From: Octopus sinensis
Lineage: Eukaryota
Length of the DNA stretch: 64,000 nt
Direction: 5' to 3'
Assembly: GCF_006345805.1 (NCBI RefSeq)
Contig: NC_043008.1
Span: 51,832,001-51,896,000, forward strand
The notes beneath the pieces were generated by a model, which was given only the letters and a program-made list of their open reading frames with translations, was not told the origin of the DNA and searched no databases. Made by a program: the position numbers and the translations under genes. Shown one piece after another: positions 37,832 through 50,826 of the stretch; position 1 is the stretch's first letter; each line of letters opens with the position of its first letter.

Positions 37832-38821
37832 CAACAATAATAATACTGTGTTATCATGTACATGATTTGTCTTGGTATAAAAAGATGGGCTACAGCAAAT
37901 ATTCTGCTCACTACCACAGAATTACTTGTCAGTTGCTTGACCTTCTGTCCTTTCAATCTTATCCCCCACACTACCTCCCTTGTCATAGCCACCATTCAGA
38001 GGAAAACTGCCTTTCATTCTCGACCAAAGGAAGGTGGTGGGGTTATCTTCACGATGGATTCGGTTGATAACCAGATCTGTCCTCCATGCAACTACAGCTG
38101 TTCAGCAAAGCTCCACAAGTGCATGCAGGACGGTTTCATCACCTTACACACACCCTGGGCAGGTCCATCTCACAGCACTTCTATGTCTGTAGAGCTTGTC
38201 TCAAACAATAGAGCTCCCTGGTAGCACTGCCAGGCTAGGGATTTTTGGAGGTTATCCAGAGGTCCCAGCCCAAAAATCCTCCAGAAAAGATCAGTTAATC
38301 TATCCCTCCTGATGCCCAGAGTTTCCCCAAGGACATTGTTGCTCTTTCCCTCCATTAATCCCCTTTAGAACTCCATAGTGGAACTTCCACTGACTGCGTT
38401 GCCTGACTGGCAGAGAGCTGTGAGCATTTGCAGACACTCCAGGTGCCAAGCACCCTTTCTTGGTCTACGCTTGATCCAGGTCTATAGCTCTGTCAATGAG
38501 ATGAACTGCAGAAAAACCTATGTAACAAATGGTGACCATACCTGCTCACCATTAAGAAAGCACAGGAGATTTAATAATATTAATAATCTTTTCTACTAAA
38601 GGCACAAGGCCTGAAATTTGGTGGAGAAGACTAGTCAATTACAATGACCCCAGTGTTTCACTGGTACTTAATTTATTGACTCCAAAAGAATGAAAGGTAA
38701 AGTCAACCGTTGCAGAATTTGAACTCAGAATGTAGCGATGCATGATATACTGCTAAGCATTTCACCCAGTATGCTAATGCTTTTGCCAGCTCACCATCTT
38801 TAATAATAATAATAATAATAA

Positions 38822-38852
<31 letters not shown>

Positions 38853-39380
38853 AAGAGCATGATATAAAATGTCATCATCATCAAAATATAACATCTGCCT
38901 TCCATGCTGGCATGGGTGGGACAAAAAATATGTAAATTGATTTAGTTTATTGAATTGAACAATATTTTTGACGATTTGTCTTCTTCAGTTTCAAAATGAG
39001 AAAAATAAAAAAAATATACAGACATGCTGAAATTCAAAATTTGAGCTAGAAAATCTTGCTTTCCTTTGTACATAAAGAGTTGACATCAAGTTTTGCTTGT
39101 TCATAACAGGGAGCAATAAAAACGAAGGAAAATAAAAAGAAAAAGGAAAGCAGTAAAGAGAATACTTAGTTGAAAAGTTTTGTGTAAATTTAATGGAATT
39201 TTCCTGTCATTTTGTTCACTCGTCCAAGGTGTGATGCTATTAACTCCCAAATATATTTATCCTCATGAGTTTTGAGGACTGAAAGTTCAGTGAAGTCGGA
39301 ATATTTTCTGAGAATATAAATTTTCAGGAGTTTCTCAAATTTACAAGTGTTTGATTTTAAATGTTTGGCAAGTTCCATTA

Positions 39381-39415
<35 letters not shown>

Positions 39416-39466
39416 GTAGTAGTAGTAGTAGTAGTAGTAGCAGCAGCAGCAGCAGCAATAATAATG

Positions 39467-39506
<40 letters not shown>

Positions 39507-40085
39507 TAATAATAATAATAAAAATAATAATAATCCTTTCTACTACAGACAGAAGGCCTGAAATTTCCGGGAAGGGAACTAGCTGATTACATCGACCTCA
39601 GTGTGTAACTGGTACTTAATTTATCAACCCTGAAAGGGATGAAAGGCAAAGTCAACCTTGGCAGAATTTGAACTCAGACTTTAAAGACAGGTGAAATATC
39701 GTTAAGCATTTCACTTTGTATGCTAACGATTCTACCAGCTCACCACCTTCTATAATAATAATGATGACAAGAAGAAGAAGAAGAAGAAGAAGAAGAACAA
39801 CAACAACAACAACAAACAACAAACAACAACAACAACAACAACAATGAAGATGAGAATTATTTCAAATTTTTTTTTGCCACAAGAGCAGCTTGGGGGAGGT
39901 GGAGGTGAGTCACTTTAATAAGAGCAGCCATTTTGAGGGAAGGGATGTTTACTTAATTTATCAACCCTGAAAGAATGAGAGGCAAAGTCAACTCTGGCAG
40001 AATTTGAATTCAGAGTATAAAGAGAGACAACATGCCACTAAGCATTTTGGCCAGTGTGCTAACAATTCTGCCAGCTCGCCACCTT
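37330..40085 (-). mobile_element. Cluster of at least five tRNA-type SINE copies separated by (TAA)n/(GAA)n tracts
   Basis: Copies at about 37330-37500, 37560-37765, 38600-38800, 39540-39750 and 39900-40085 share GATGAAAGGCAAAGTCAAC..GAATTTGAACTCAG. Confidence 0.75.
37985..38520 (-). mobile_element. Older fragment of the L1/Tx1-like ORF2 C-terminal region
   Basis: GETLGIRRDRLTDLFWRIFGLGPLDNLQKSLAWQCY aligns with GETLGLDDNQLASLFRRTFEPRTLDNFQKSLAWQCY (47804-48385). Confidence 0.8.
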
Positions 40086-40105
40086 CTATAATAATAATAA
40101 TGATG

Positions 40106-40154
<49 letters not shown>

Positions 40155-40159
<5 letters not shown>

Positions 40160-40714
40160 TGCCCTGATGCAGTACCAGGCAGTGGCTCTCATGGCTTCTG
40201 ATCTTAACTGATTGGAAGTGTTATCATGTACATTCTTTTGTCTTGGTATAAAAGATGAGCTACAGCAAATATTCTGCTCAATACCACAGATTTGCTTGTC
40301 AGTTGTTTGACCTTAACCAGTTGAGCATGTCCCTTAGTGGCTGATGATATGTGCATCTCTGATCACGAGCAGAAGTAGTGGGGGAGTATCATAGCCATGT
40401 GTTGAGAGGGATTCTTTGGGGTTTGAATAATTCACCTCTGGAAACATGGGTGTTTCATTCAACATCCTTAAACAACCCTTACTCAGGGACCTTTTGAGCA
40501 GGATGGGTTACTCGACCAGAAGAAAATTCTAACTAGGCCCCACCTGCAAGGTCATGTGCTGTTTATCTTGATATGAGATCATCATGTCGCGCACATATGG
40601 TTGTGATGCATGTGCCTGGTGTACCCTTATCAGACAGGTAGACATGATGGGTATACTGGGCTTCGTATATTTTACCCCAGTGTCACTTTGATGGCATGCA
40701 CTGCTCTCTCACTC

Positions 40715-40775
<61 letters not shown>

Positions 40776-40782
40776 GCAATAA
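40155..40782 (+). mobile_element. About 550-bp non-coding interspersed repeat ending in (TAA)n
   Basis: Further copies at 37850-37950 (+), 57065-57570 (+) and 60215-60535 (-). Confidence 0.75.
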
Positions 40783-41224
40783 TAATAACTGTGTAAGAAG
40801 TCAAATCAGCAATGTTTGCTTGCCACAAGGCTAATAATATTATTTATACATCAACACATACTGTCTTATTTTATATTTTATTTTAAGGTCAAAATGTTTT
40901 CCAAAATTATTCCACAGACTTTCTTTCTTGAATTTCAAACCAGATTACAATTTCATCTGTTCAATAAAATCAAATTTACGAGATATATGATTAAAAATTT
41001 GTGAGACAAAACAAAATATTTTGTCTTTCTTTCTTTCTTTCTTCTTCTTCTTCTTCTTCTTCTTTTCTTCTTCTTCTTCTTCTTCTTCTTCTGCTCTCCT
41101 TCACCCTCTCTCTCATTATATATGACTATTATTGAATCGTACAATTCCAAAGACTGGAATTCCATGTTAAATGTAAACTAACTCCATAGAACTGTAAAAT
41201 CCTTCAGTGACTCTCACTATCTGT

Positions 41225-41229
41225 CTTTC

Positions 41230-41306
<77 letters not shown>

Positions 41307-41317
41307 TTCTTCTTTCT

Positions 41318-41367
<50 letters not shown>

Positions 41368-41391
41368 TTCCTTCCTTCCTTCCTTCCTTCC

Positions 41392-41432
<41 letters not shown>
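41225..41432. repeat. (CTTT)n/(CCTT)n/(CT)n microsatellite
   Basis: Direct reading. Confidence 0.95.
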
Positions 41433-41434
<2 letters not shown>

Positions 41435-42103
41435 ATTTATTTATCAGATAGTGTTAATATCTTCCTTGTTGATTGCAAGACAAGTAATACTCTTTCATAA
41501 AAATTCAACAATTTCTTCCTGAATAGGAAATTATTTTTCTACAGAAAAGAAAAATAATAATAATACAATCAATGTTTTTTTTTTACCTTAATTATTTGTT
41601 TTTCATAATGTTTGTATTTTATTTAATGATGTGGGACATGCCATTGAGAGTGAGTGTCGTCTGTATAGAATAAAAACTGACGAAAGAAAAAACAACAAAA
41701 ATAAAGGAAATTAAAGTAATGTCCTAATGTTTTCTGAAAAATGTGATGAACTACAAAATATGAATAGCAAAATTAGAAATTATATTGTAAACTGGGGTCA
41801 GAAAAGAGTTTATTATTTGTTGAACAAATATAATAAAGCAGTAATTTTGAGAAGAAAATAGATAATGTATTATTTACTCTTTCATACATTAACCCCTCAT
41901 CTTCTAGTACTGAGCCAATTGTCTCACTCAGTCAAAGGGAATCTTAGTCTTGTGAGGTACATGGTTACCTCACTAGTGCTGGTGCCATGAAAGAAAAAGC
42001 ACCCTGTACACAATGCAAAGCAGTTATGCTTGGAAGTCATTGGATGTGCTGGATCATGTTAAACTATACTATCCATACCAACATGGAAGATGAAAGTTAA
42101 AAA

Positions 42104-42275
42104 ATGATGATGATGACGATGATGATGATGATGATGATGATGACGATGACGATGATGATGATGACAATGACGATGATGATGATGATGATGATGGTGGTGA
42201 TGATGATGCTAATGCTGCTGCTGCTGATGATGATGATGATAATGATGGTAATGATGACGATGATGATGATGATCA
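42104..42275. repeat. (ATG)n/(ACG)n microsatellite
   Basis: Direct reading. Confidence 0.95.
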
Positions 42276-42431
42276 ATACATTCTATTCAGAACTGAAGGA
42301 GTTTAAATCCCAGAAGAGTGGGTGCTTGGCTGGTTGTTAGAATGTTTCAGTTTAAAAAAGTTACAGATGGCCAGAAGCAAGCCAATGAGTGAGAGAATGA
42401 AAGAAAAAGAGAATGAGAGAGAGGGAGAGAG

Positions 42432-42468
<37 letters not shown>

Positions 42469-43599
42469 CCAATAATTTGATGTCATAATAAAAGGAAGTC
42501 ATATCATTATATGCAGTGTCTAAAAATAATGTTTTGTGAGGCTTCCAGTTTAGGCACAAGACCAGCAATCTTGAAGAGATGGGATTAGTTGATACCATTG
42601 ACACCAGCCTAATTCTTGATTATTTCTTTTTTTTTTTATTGACACTGAAAAGGATGAAAAGCAAAGTTGATCCTGGCTAGGTTTGAACTCAGAACATAAA
42701 GAGTTGAAAGAAATACAAGGCAATTCATTAACATGAAAGATGCTGGAGAGAGAGCAACAGAAGCAATGAAATGAAAGCATATATACACCACCACCCACCA
42801 CTATCACCACCACTGCTGCTGCTACTACTACAAGGAGCAATAGCAGTAGTAGCAGCAGCAGCAATGGTAATGGCAGTAGCAGCAGCAGCAGTTTGGATTC
42901 TATTCTTTGAATAATATTGAATCAGGTAAATTTTGCATATCACTTCTTTGTGTTTTTGCTGCAGTGATCAGTGAGAATAAAATGGATTGTATGTAATACA
43001 CTGAAGAAGAAAGACATTTATTTTCTATAGATGAGCAAAACAAAACAGTGACTGAGAATGGGGAAGGAATCTAAAGATAAGAAAATTAACCAAAAAGATG
43101 CAAAAAAAAAAAAACTCAAACAAAAAAAAACCTCAGAAGTAAAGTAAAAAAAAAAAAAGAGAAAGAAATAAAAGAAGCTCTAAAATGAAGATTGTAAGAT
43201 ATTACAATTAGAAATTGTCAAAACCAAACTGCTTCTTAAACTAAATTAGACCAGAACAAGGTTAAATCTATAAAAAAAAAAAAAAAAGGAAAAGAATGAA
43301 AAAATTATTATGTAGAAACAATAGACTTTTTCATGATTTAAAAGATGAAAATAAAATAAATAAATGACTAAATGATAACAACACCCACATCTTCAGTTAA
43401 CTCTTCATCTTTGAAGAATATGTAGGAAATAGCAAAACAGTCTATTCTCTTGTGTCAGTCCAACCTGTGCCATCCAAACTGAAACACTGACCCACACTTT
43501 GTGTCATTGTCACTTTTGATTTCTGGGCAATAAGAGACAAACATAAAATATTTAATTTTTCTATTTGGTTTGCAAGAAGGTGCAGGCTCTGTCATTAGG

Positions 43600-44280
43600 G
43601 CATCTGGCTTTTATTATAAGGTCATGAGTTTGATTCCAGGTGGTGTTTTGTGTTCTTGAGCTTTGCTTCAATCCATTCTGCTGGCAAAAGTAAGTTATAC
43701 CTGTAATTCAAATAGCCAGCTTTGTCACATTCTGTGTCATGCTGAATCTCTCTGAGAACTACAGGAAGGATAAGCGCAGGCACAGGAGTGGCTGTGTGGT
43801 AAGTAGCTTGCTAACCAACCACATGGTTCCGGGTTCAGTCCCACTGCGTGGCATCTTGGGCAAGTGTCTTCTGCTATAGCCCCGGGCCGACCAATGCCTT
43901 GCGAGTGGATTTGGTAGACGGAAACTGAAAGAAGCCTGTCGTATATATGTATACATATATATATATATGTGTGTGTGTGTGTTTGTCCCCCTAGCATTGC
44001 TTGACAACCGATGCTGGTATGTTTACGTCACCATCACTTAGCGGTTCGGCAAAAGAGATCGATAGAATAAGTACTGAGCTTACAAAGAATAAGTCCCGGG
44101 GTTGATTTGCTCCACTAAAGGCGGTGCTCCAGCATGGCCGCAGTCAAATGACTGAAACAAGTAAAAGAGTAAAAGAGTGTCCATGGAATGCTGAGCCACT
44201 TGCATGCTAATTTCATGAGCAGGCTGTTCCATCGATCAAATCAACTGGAACACTCATCGTCATAATCGATGAAGTGCCAA
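43600..44280 (+). mobile_element. SINE interrupted by a younger full-length CORE-like SINE (43775-44175)
   Basis: Host SINE reads GAGAACTACAGGAAGGATAAGC | GTGTCCATGGAATGCTGAGCCACTTGC across the insert; the insert has a tRNA-like head and an AAGAGT tail. Confidence 0.75.
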
Positions 44281-44555
44281 TATTTGGTTTGCAATATTTG
44301 TGATATGAAATTGTGTAATAAAGCAGATTCTGTTGTGCCTTGCGAGGTTCGTTATGCTAATAATAAACACACACATTGATTCGATTTAATTTCATTTATT
44401 AATCAACTAGAGAACCATTTGACTAATTAATCAAGTGGTTAACTAATTGACTAATAATAATAATTAGTTGAACCCTTGAAATATTCATGGGAAATATTTA
44501 AAAAATGTAAGCATCTGTAAACTGTGTGCTGGTGCCATGAGCAATGTTTCTATTT

Positions 44556-44675
44556 TGTGAGAGTTACAGAATATAGAAAGAAGTGAGAAACCGATAACTG
44601 TAGAATCCAACCAAAATATTTCGGTTACGGAAGCGTAAATAGAATTACTATTTAGCCTTAAAATACATCGTACAT
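44556..44675. repeat. Paralog of 15714-15840
   Basis: See above. Confidence 0.8.
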
Positions 44676-44860
44676 TTAAAATTTTTTTCCTACGTCCCAG
44701 ATATAAAGGTAAAAATAAAATATTTCCACTTTGCAAGTTCGAGTCGAGTACTCCCTTGCACGCTCCGTTGACTCGAACCTTGCTTCTATTGTGGCGAATT
44801 TACCGCCTCTGATTAGATAGTCGCACCAAGACACTTTTCGAAGGTGCTTTCCTCCATGTG

Positions 44861-47181
44861 ATTTTATTATTACCCACAAGGGGCGAACATAGATGGGACA
44901 ATACAATCTGATGATGGGGTCTTTGTACTCCTTAATCGCCAAAAGGGACGTATTAAGTTTCCAGTAACCGGATCCTCTATTTTTAACCTTATCTATGTCA
45001 AGCTTACAGGTGACCATTTATGATCACTGTAGCTGATCGGGTAAAACTGTGGACACTTAGCTATTTTACTGTCTACTTTTCTAATTAGTATTCTATCTAA
45101 ATATGACCTGGAAGATCCGTCGCTGTTTGACCATGTCCACAATGGAGCGTTCGGAAATTCCAGCCACTAATGAATGCGAAGTACCAAGAAAGTTTTCTAG
45201 TTCACGAAAATAATCACTTTGCCCTGTATGGTTGGGTGCGTAAATTGCAACCAGTCTGATAACTTTACCATTACTGAACGTCAAATCCATGACGACCAGC
45301 CTACCTTCTGGATCTGCAAAAATTAACTTTTTCTCAGAAACCCGGTTTCTTTTTAATAGGACCAACACCCCACTCCCGCCTGTAGGACTGCCAGGAGAGA
45401 AAAAACTCTCGTAACCGTCAAACAGCGGGAGTAGACCTCTTGGCCCCTCTAACCGGGTTTCTGTAGCAACAATAACATCTAAATTACGCGACCTGATATC
45501 ATGCAGGAAGCGACCTTGCTTCCAGCCTGCTCCCAGGCCGCGCACATTCAAACAACCAACATAAATGTAATCCATTACTTACCTTATATCAGTGGTTCGG
45601 TTTTTTCTTGTTCTTCTAACTCTTTTTCTGGGCCTCGTGGGGGAGTCTGACGTAGGCCCTCGAATATATGTGGAGATGTCACATCCAATCTAAGTGGGCC
45701 TACGTCATGGAAGAATTCTGACTTTATCCGCCCGTAATCCTTCCGGCCTATTCTGTAAATTACAAAGTCGTTTTTTTCACTACTTTCTCCACTTTGGCCA
45801 TGGCTGCCAACACGTTTCCGAGTCTGCTATTTGCTGCCTTTACGGCCATATATGAGTTCATTGACTCTTTTTTCTTTTTAAGATTACTCTGGGAGGGGTG
45901 GTTTCCGTTTTTCTTTTTTTCCTTCCGGTAATTTTTGCCCACCCCTCCTCATTTATCTTTTCCTCGCTCTTTTTTTCCTCCGCCGCTGGTTCTGCTGTCA
46001 CCGTCACCTCCACACCTTCAGTCTTCCTTCTGGGCCGTCCGACGCTGTCTGGTGACACATTATCTTCTTTTTCTTTTGGCTTAGGTGCTTCCTGCGGTTT
46101 GGGTTGGGGTTGGCATTCCGCCCTTACATGACCCTTCTTGCCGCAGCCGAAGCACCTCGGCTTCCTGCCCTCCACGAAAACTGTTATTTTCTCGTCTTCA
46201 CTAATCTTTACCGTTTCTGGAATTTCTTCCAGTGTTTGCACCTCCGCCTGAATGGCTATCACTATTTTCTGCCCTTTCCAGAGAACTCCTCTTCCTCCAC
46301 TGTGGCCTGGAGGATATTTATTTTTTCCTCCAGACCTACCATCACTGCTGCCACCAGACATTCAGCATCTGCCTCTGGCGGAATGTTGTTCATCGAAATT
46401 TTCGACGTCCTTTTTCCTTTATACAATGGTAGTAAGACAATGTTTTCCGCTTTGATTGGCTCCATCGATAGTTTCTTCGCTATCTCCTCCGTAGTAAAAC
46501 GCACCTCCACTGTGCCGTATCTTTTTCCTCTGTTTATATACGTTATTTTATCCATAAAAGGTTTTAGACAAGACTCTATTTTTTTTCTTCGATTTTTTGG
46601 ATCATTTTTTTCGTTGTGTCGTAAGTTTTATATATTATTCTTTTTTTTTCTATATCGTCATGTATTTGTATGTTTGTGGCCACAGTCACTTCTGTGCCTT
46701 CTTTTTTTACACAGTCTGCAAATTTTTTAAAATTTTCTATATTTATTTTTTGATCTTTTTCCCAGCCACTTCAGCGAATTTTTTTGCTGGAGTTGATGCT
46801 GGTACTGGTTTTTCCATTTCTTGGGCGATGCCGCCTCTTTTTTCTTCGGCGACAACGCCTCTTTTTTTCTTGGCGACAACGCCTTTTTTACTTGGCGACA
46901 ACGCGGGTATTCATCCTCGCTCGTCACGGGCGAATAAGAGATGGGGGACTCCATCTTGAACAAATGGCTTTAACAAGCCTTTGGTAAATCCAAATTAATT
47001 GTAGTTTTCCCCCACTGAGGGGTAACACCAACGCGAAGTCTTCGCGCGAAGGCTGACTTCGTCAGTTAGACAACAATAGACGAAACAGGTAGACCAACAG
47101 TATATAATAACAGAGATAATAGTACGAGAGCAAAATTATATCAACTTACTAATAACGCAAAAAATTGATTTCCGCCGTGTG
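44861..47181 (-). mobile_element. Internally deleted derivative of the adjacent L1/Tx1-like LINE (5' UTR, ORF1, partial endonuclease, 61-bp 3' tail)
   Basis: Colinear with 47182-52438 except loss of the 50281-50407 and 47243-50036 equivalents. Confidence 0.95.
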
Positions 47182-47426
47182 ATTTTATTATTACCCACAA
47201 GGGGCGAACATAGATGGGACAATACAATCTGATGATGGGGTCAGACAAACGAATGGGTTTTTACAATAAATCGGATTTAAAAATTTTCATGAATTACAAT
47301 AAATGGACAGAAATCGAATGATGGGACAGACCGGAAGACATTACGGGTGGAGTGGGTGCGGGTTTAGCTCGGACCCCACGAGCCCCGCCTCCCCACTGAT
47401 ACTTTTGGTTGCGCTTGGTATTACAT

Positions 47427-50400
47427 TTATGTTGTATCTTTCACTCGCAACTTTCGTGCTACATCCTTCCATCGTTCTTCATACACTCTCCTAGTCAGGC
47501 ATATTCTCTCCAGCCCTATCTTCCTTTTCAGGTGAAAGATGAAATAATTCATCAAACCAGGGCCGGAGATGAACTTGCCTGACTGTAAACCTTTCATTCT
47601 CGTCTTCCATATCACCTCTTTCGCAATTGCTACTACAACGAGAAAACGAAACTTACCTTCATTCACGAGGAAATCGGTGGGTCAATTTTTGTAATCGACT
47701 CAGTCGACAGCTGTACTCTTGTGTACCTGACAACAGGTGTTCGGCATAAACCCACACCTCAGACACGTCCGGACAATGAACAATAGCGTGCGGGACGGTT
47801 TCCCTATCCCGCCCGCATCTTGGACATATCGGACTGTTGGCCACCGTGCCTTGCGAGTTTATCCCGAACAGGTAGAGCTCCTCTGTAGCATTGCCATGCC
47901 AGAGACTTCTGGAAGTTGTCCAGTGTCCTCGGCTCGAACGTACGTCGGAACAGACTGGCCAGCTGATTATCGTCGAGACCTAGGGTTTCCCCCAAGGTAT
48001 CTTCACATTCCGCCTCTACCAACCCTCTATAGAGGAATGTGGTGGAACCCCCACCGCAGGCGTTGCCCGAGCGACGGAACAGCAGGAGAGCCTTGCGACA
48101 CTCCGTGTACCAAGTACCAAGTTTCGATCTACGATTCAGCCAGGTTTCCCATCCACCGAAACTAGTGAACTTGGGAAACATCAGTTTTTCTAGCGAAGAC
48201 CACACCCGTTCACCATCCAGGTAGAGCCACAGATGTCTTAACCTCAGCGCATGTCTGCGCATCATCAGCCAAGGCATCCCTAGCCCACCTTTAACGGTTG
48301 TTGACAGCAAGTAGAGCGTTTCACAAGTGGTTTCCCGCCCTTCCACAAGAAGTAGAAGAGCTGTCTTTCCAACTTGATCAACCACGAGTCAGGGCAAGGA
48401 ACGACGGAAAGGCGGTAGGTGATAACCGATGCGATAAACACATTGGCCACCTCCGCCCTCCCTTTCAGGGATAGCCACCGCCAAGACCAGGTCTTGGCTA
48501 CTGCAGCCACCTTGCTTGTTACCTCGCCCCAATTCTTCTCTATTTGGAGGTCTGGACTGAACCAGACCCCTAGCAGTTTAATCGGACCCTCCGTCCAACG
48601 TCCCACGACGCTGTCAGGAGGCATCGACTTGCCTCTCCAGGTGCCGAGTTGCAAGCCGACTGACTTTTCGCGATTAACTTTTGCTCCTGTCACCGTCTCG
48701 TAAACCTCTATGGCCTTGCCTACTTTACATAGGTGGTCCATTTCGGTTACGATGATGGTGATGTCATCCGCGTACGCTGACACTGATTTTCCATTACCTG
48801 GCTGTCTCGGGATGCCGCTCAGTTTTCGCAGTAATGGCTCAAGAGCCATCACGTACAAAAGCGGGGAGAGTGGACACCCTTGACGAACTGAGCGTTCGAT
48901 TTTGAACGGCTTCGACAAGAAGCCGTTCACCCGAACTACCGAGTCGATGTTATCATAAATTTGGATAATCCACCTGAGGAAGCCAAGGCTCAGCCCGAAC
49001 TGTGCCAGGGCAGATACCAGGTAACGATGGTCGACCCTATCAAAAGCTTTAGATTGGTCTAAATGGACCAGTGCCCCGCCCTTGCCAGAATCACTATTAA
49101 ACCCCTCTATAGTGTACCGCATTAGATGGAGATTATCCTGAATGGATCTGCCCGGAACGGCACATGTCTGTGCCTCTCCGATCAGACCATCCGCGACACG
49201 CGCCAATCTTTTCGATAACACTTTGGCCAAAATCTTCAACTCTGTGTTTAGCAGAGTGATGGGCCTGAAATTATCAATGCACTCCCCCTTGCTCGGGTCC
49301 TTTCTGACGAGAGTCACTACTCCCCGGCGCACAGATCTGGGTATAAGCCCGTCTGCTGCCAGTTCGCATAGACCTCCGCCAGTAGGTGCCCGAACAAGTC
49401 TGGCGTACTCTTATATAACTCATAGGGTAGACCATCCAAACCCGGCGCCTTGCCCGCGCCGCAGTCCGCCATTGCCTCAAACACCTCCCCAGGCGTGATT
49501 GGCCCTTCACAGCCCTCCGCATCTCGCCCCGATAAGCGCGGCAGACCGTCGAGTAGGTCCGTAAAGGCCCTCTTCCTATCCAGTCCGCCGCACTCACCGA
49601 AAAGCTGAGCGAAGTGCTCCTGAAAGGCCTCACACATCTCCTCGGGTTCGTTTATCAACTCACCTTGTTGGTTCGTCAAAGATCGAATCGTGGCATCGTT
49701 ACCATGCTGAGCTTCCACCACTCGGGCCCATCTCACGGCGTTGATTCCTTCACATCCCATATGACGGATTCTAGCCCTGACAATGCAGCCCATGTGTTTG
49801 GCCTCGAGGTGCTGGTTTAACACCAGTCTCTTGGACGCCACCTGAGCCGCAGAGCCAGTTTTCATGGCTTCCTCTAATTCCTTAACTAGAGTAGTTTCCC
49901 TTCTAGCCTCTCTAGCCACTACTCCTATGCTATATCTAATAGACTCAAACTTGATGGCTCGTTTGAGGGCGTACCACCATTTGTTATTAATGATGGTACC
50001 AGATAGTGCCCTCTGAATTATATTCCTAATCCGGTCTTTGTACTCCTTAATCGCCAAAAGGGACGTATTAAGTTTCCAGTAGCCGGATCCTCTATTTTTA
50101 ACCTTATCTATGTCAAGCTTACAAGTGACCATTTTATGATCACTGTAGCTGATCGGGTAAAACTGTGGACACTTAGCTATTTTACTGTCTACTTTTCTAA
50201 TTAGTATTCTATCTAAATATGACCTGGAAGATCCGTCGCTGTTTGACCATGTCCACAATGGAGCGTTCGGAAATTCCAGCCTATAAGGATCTGCTAGCTC
50301 AAAGCGGCACTTAGCAGTTCCATGAAGCCACTGTTGCCTTTTCTATCTGGACACGAGCCAACATAATCTACATCCGCTTTGCAAATTGTGTTAAAGTCTC

Positions 50401-50818
50401 CTAGCACCACTAATGAATGCGAAGTACCAAGAAAGTTTTCTAGTTCACGAAAATAATCACTTTGCCCTGTATGGTTGGGTGCGTAAATTGCAACCAGTCT
50501 GATAACTTTACCATTACTGAACGTCAAATCCATGACGACCAGCCTACCTTCTGGATCTGCAAAAATTAACTTTTTCTCAGAAACCCGGTTTCTTTTTAAT
50601 AGGACCAACACCCCACTCCCGCCTGTAGGACTGCCAGGAGAGAAAAAACTCTCGTAGCCGTCAAACAGCGGGAGTAGACCTCTTGGCCCCTCTAACCGGG
50701 TTTCTGTAGCAACAATAACATCTAAATTACGCGACCTGATATCATGCAGGAAGCGACCTTGCTTCCAGTCTGCTCCCAGGCCGCGCACATTCAAACAACC
50801 AACATAAATGTAATCCAT
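47427..50818 (-). CDS. LINE ORF2 (APE endonuclease, reverse transcriptase, C-terminal zinc finger), split by a few frameshifts
   Basis: LNVRGL, TETRL, IYAPN, LGDFN, SYLDRI, SDH; KAPGLDG, FRPITLLN, DQSKAFDRV, RQGCPLSP, AYADD; CPRCG..ETVPHAIVHC. Confidence 0.9.
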
Positions 50819-50826
50819 TACTTACC

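Noticed and set aside
39185-39380. 62-aa minus-strand ORF faintly like a GIY-YIG C-terminus
   Set aside because: Too short and degenerate to classify.
43450-43560. Minus-strand acceptor TTTGTCTCTTATTGCCCAG with a short downstream frame
   Set aside because: All frames close within about 30 codons and there is no convincing donor.
48419-49820. Plus-strand ORFs antisense to LINE ORF2
   Set aside because: Shadow ORFs of GC-richer coding sequence with no motifs.
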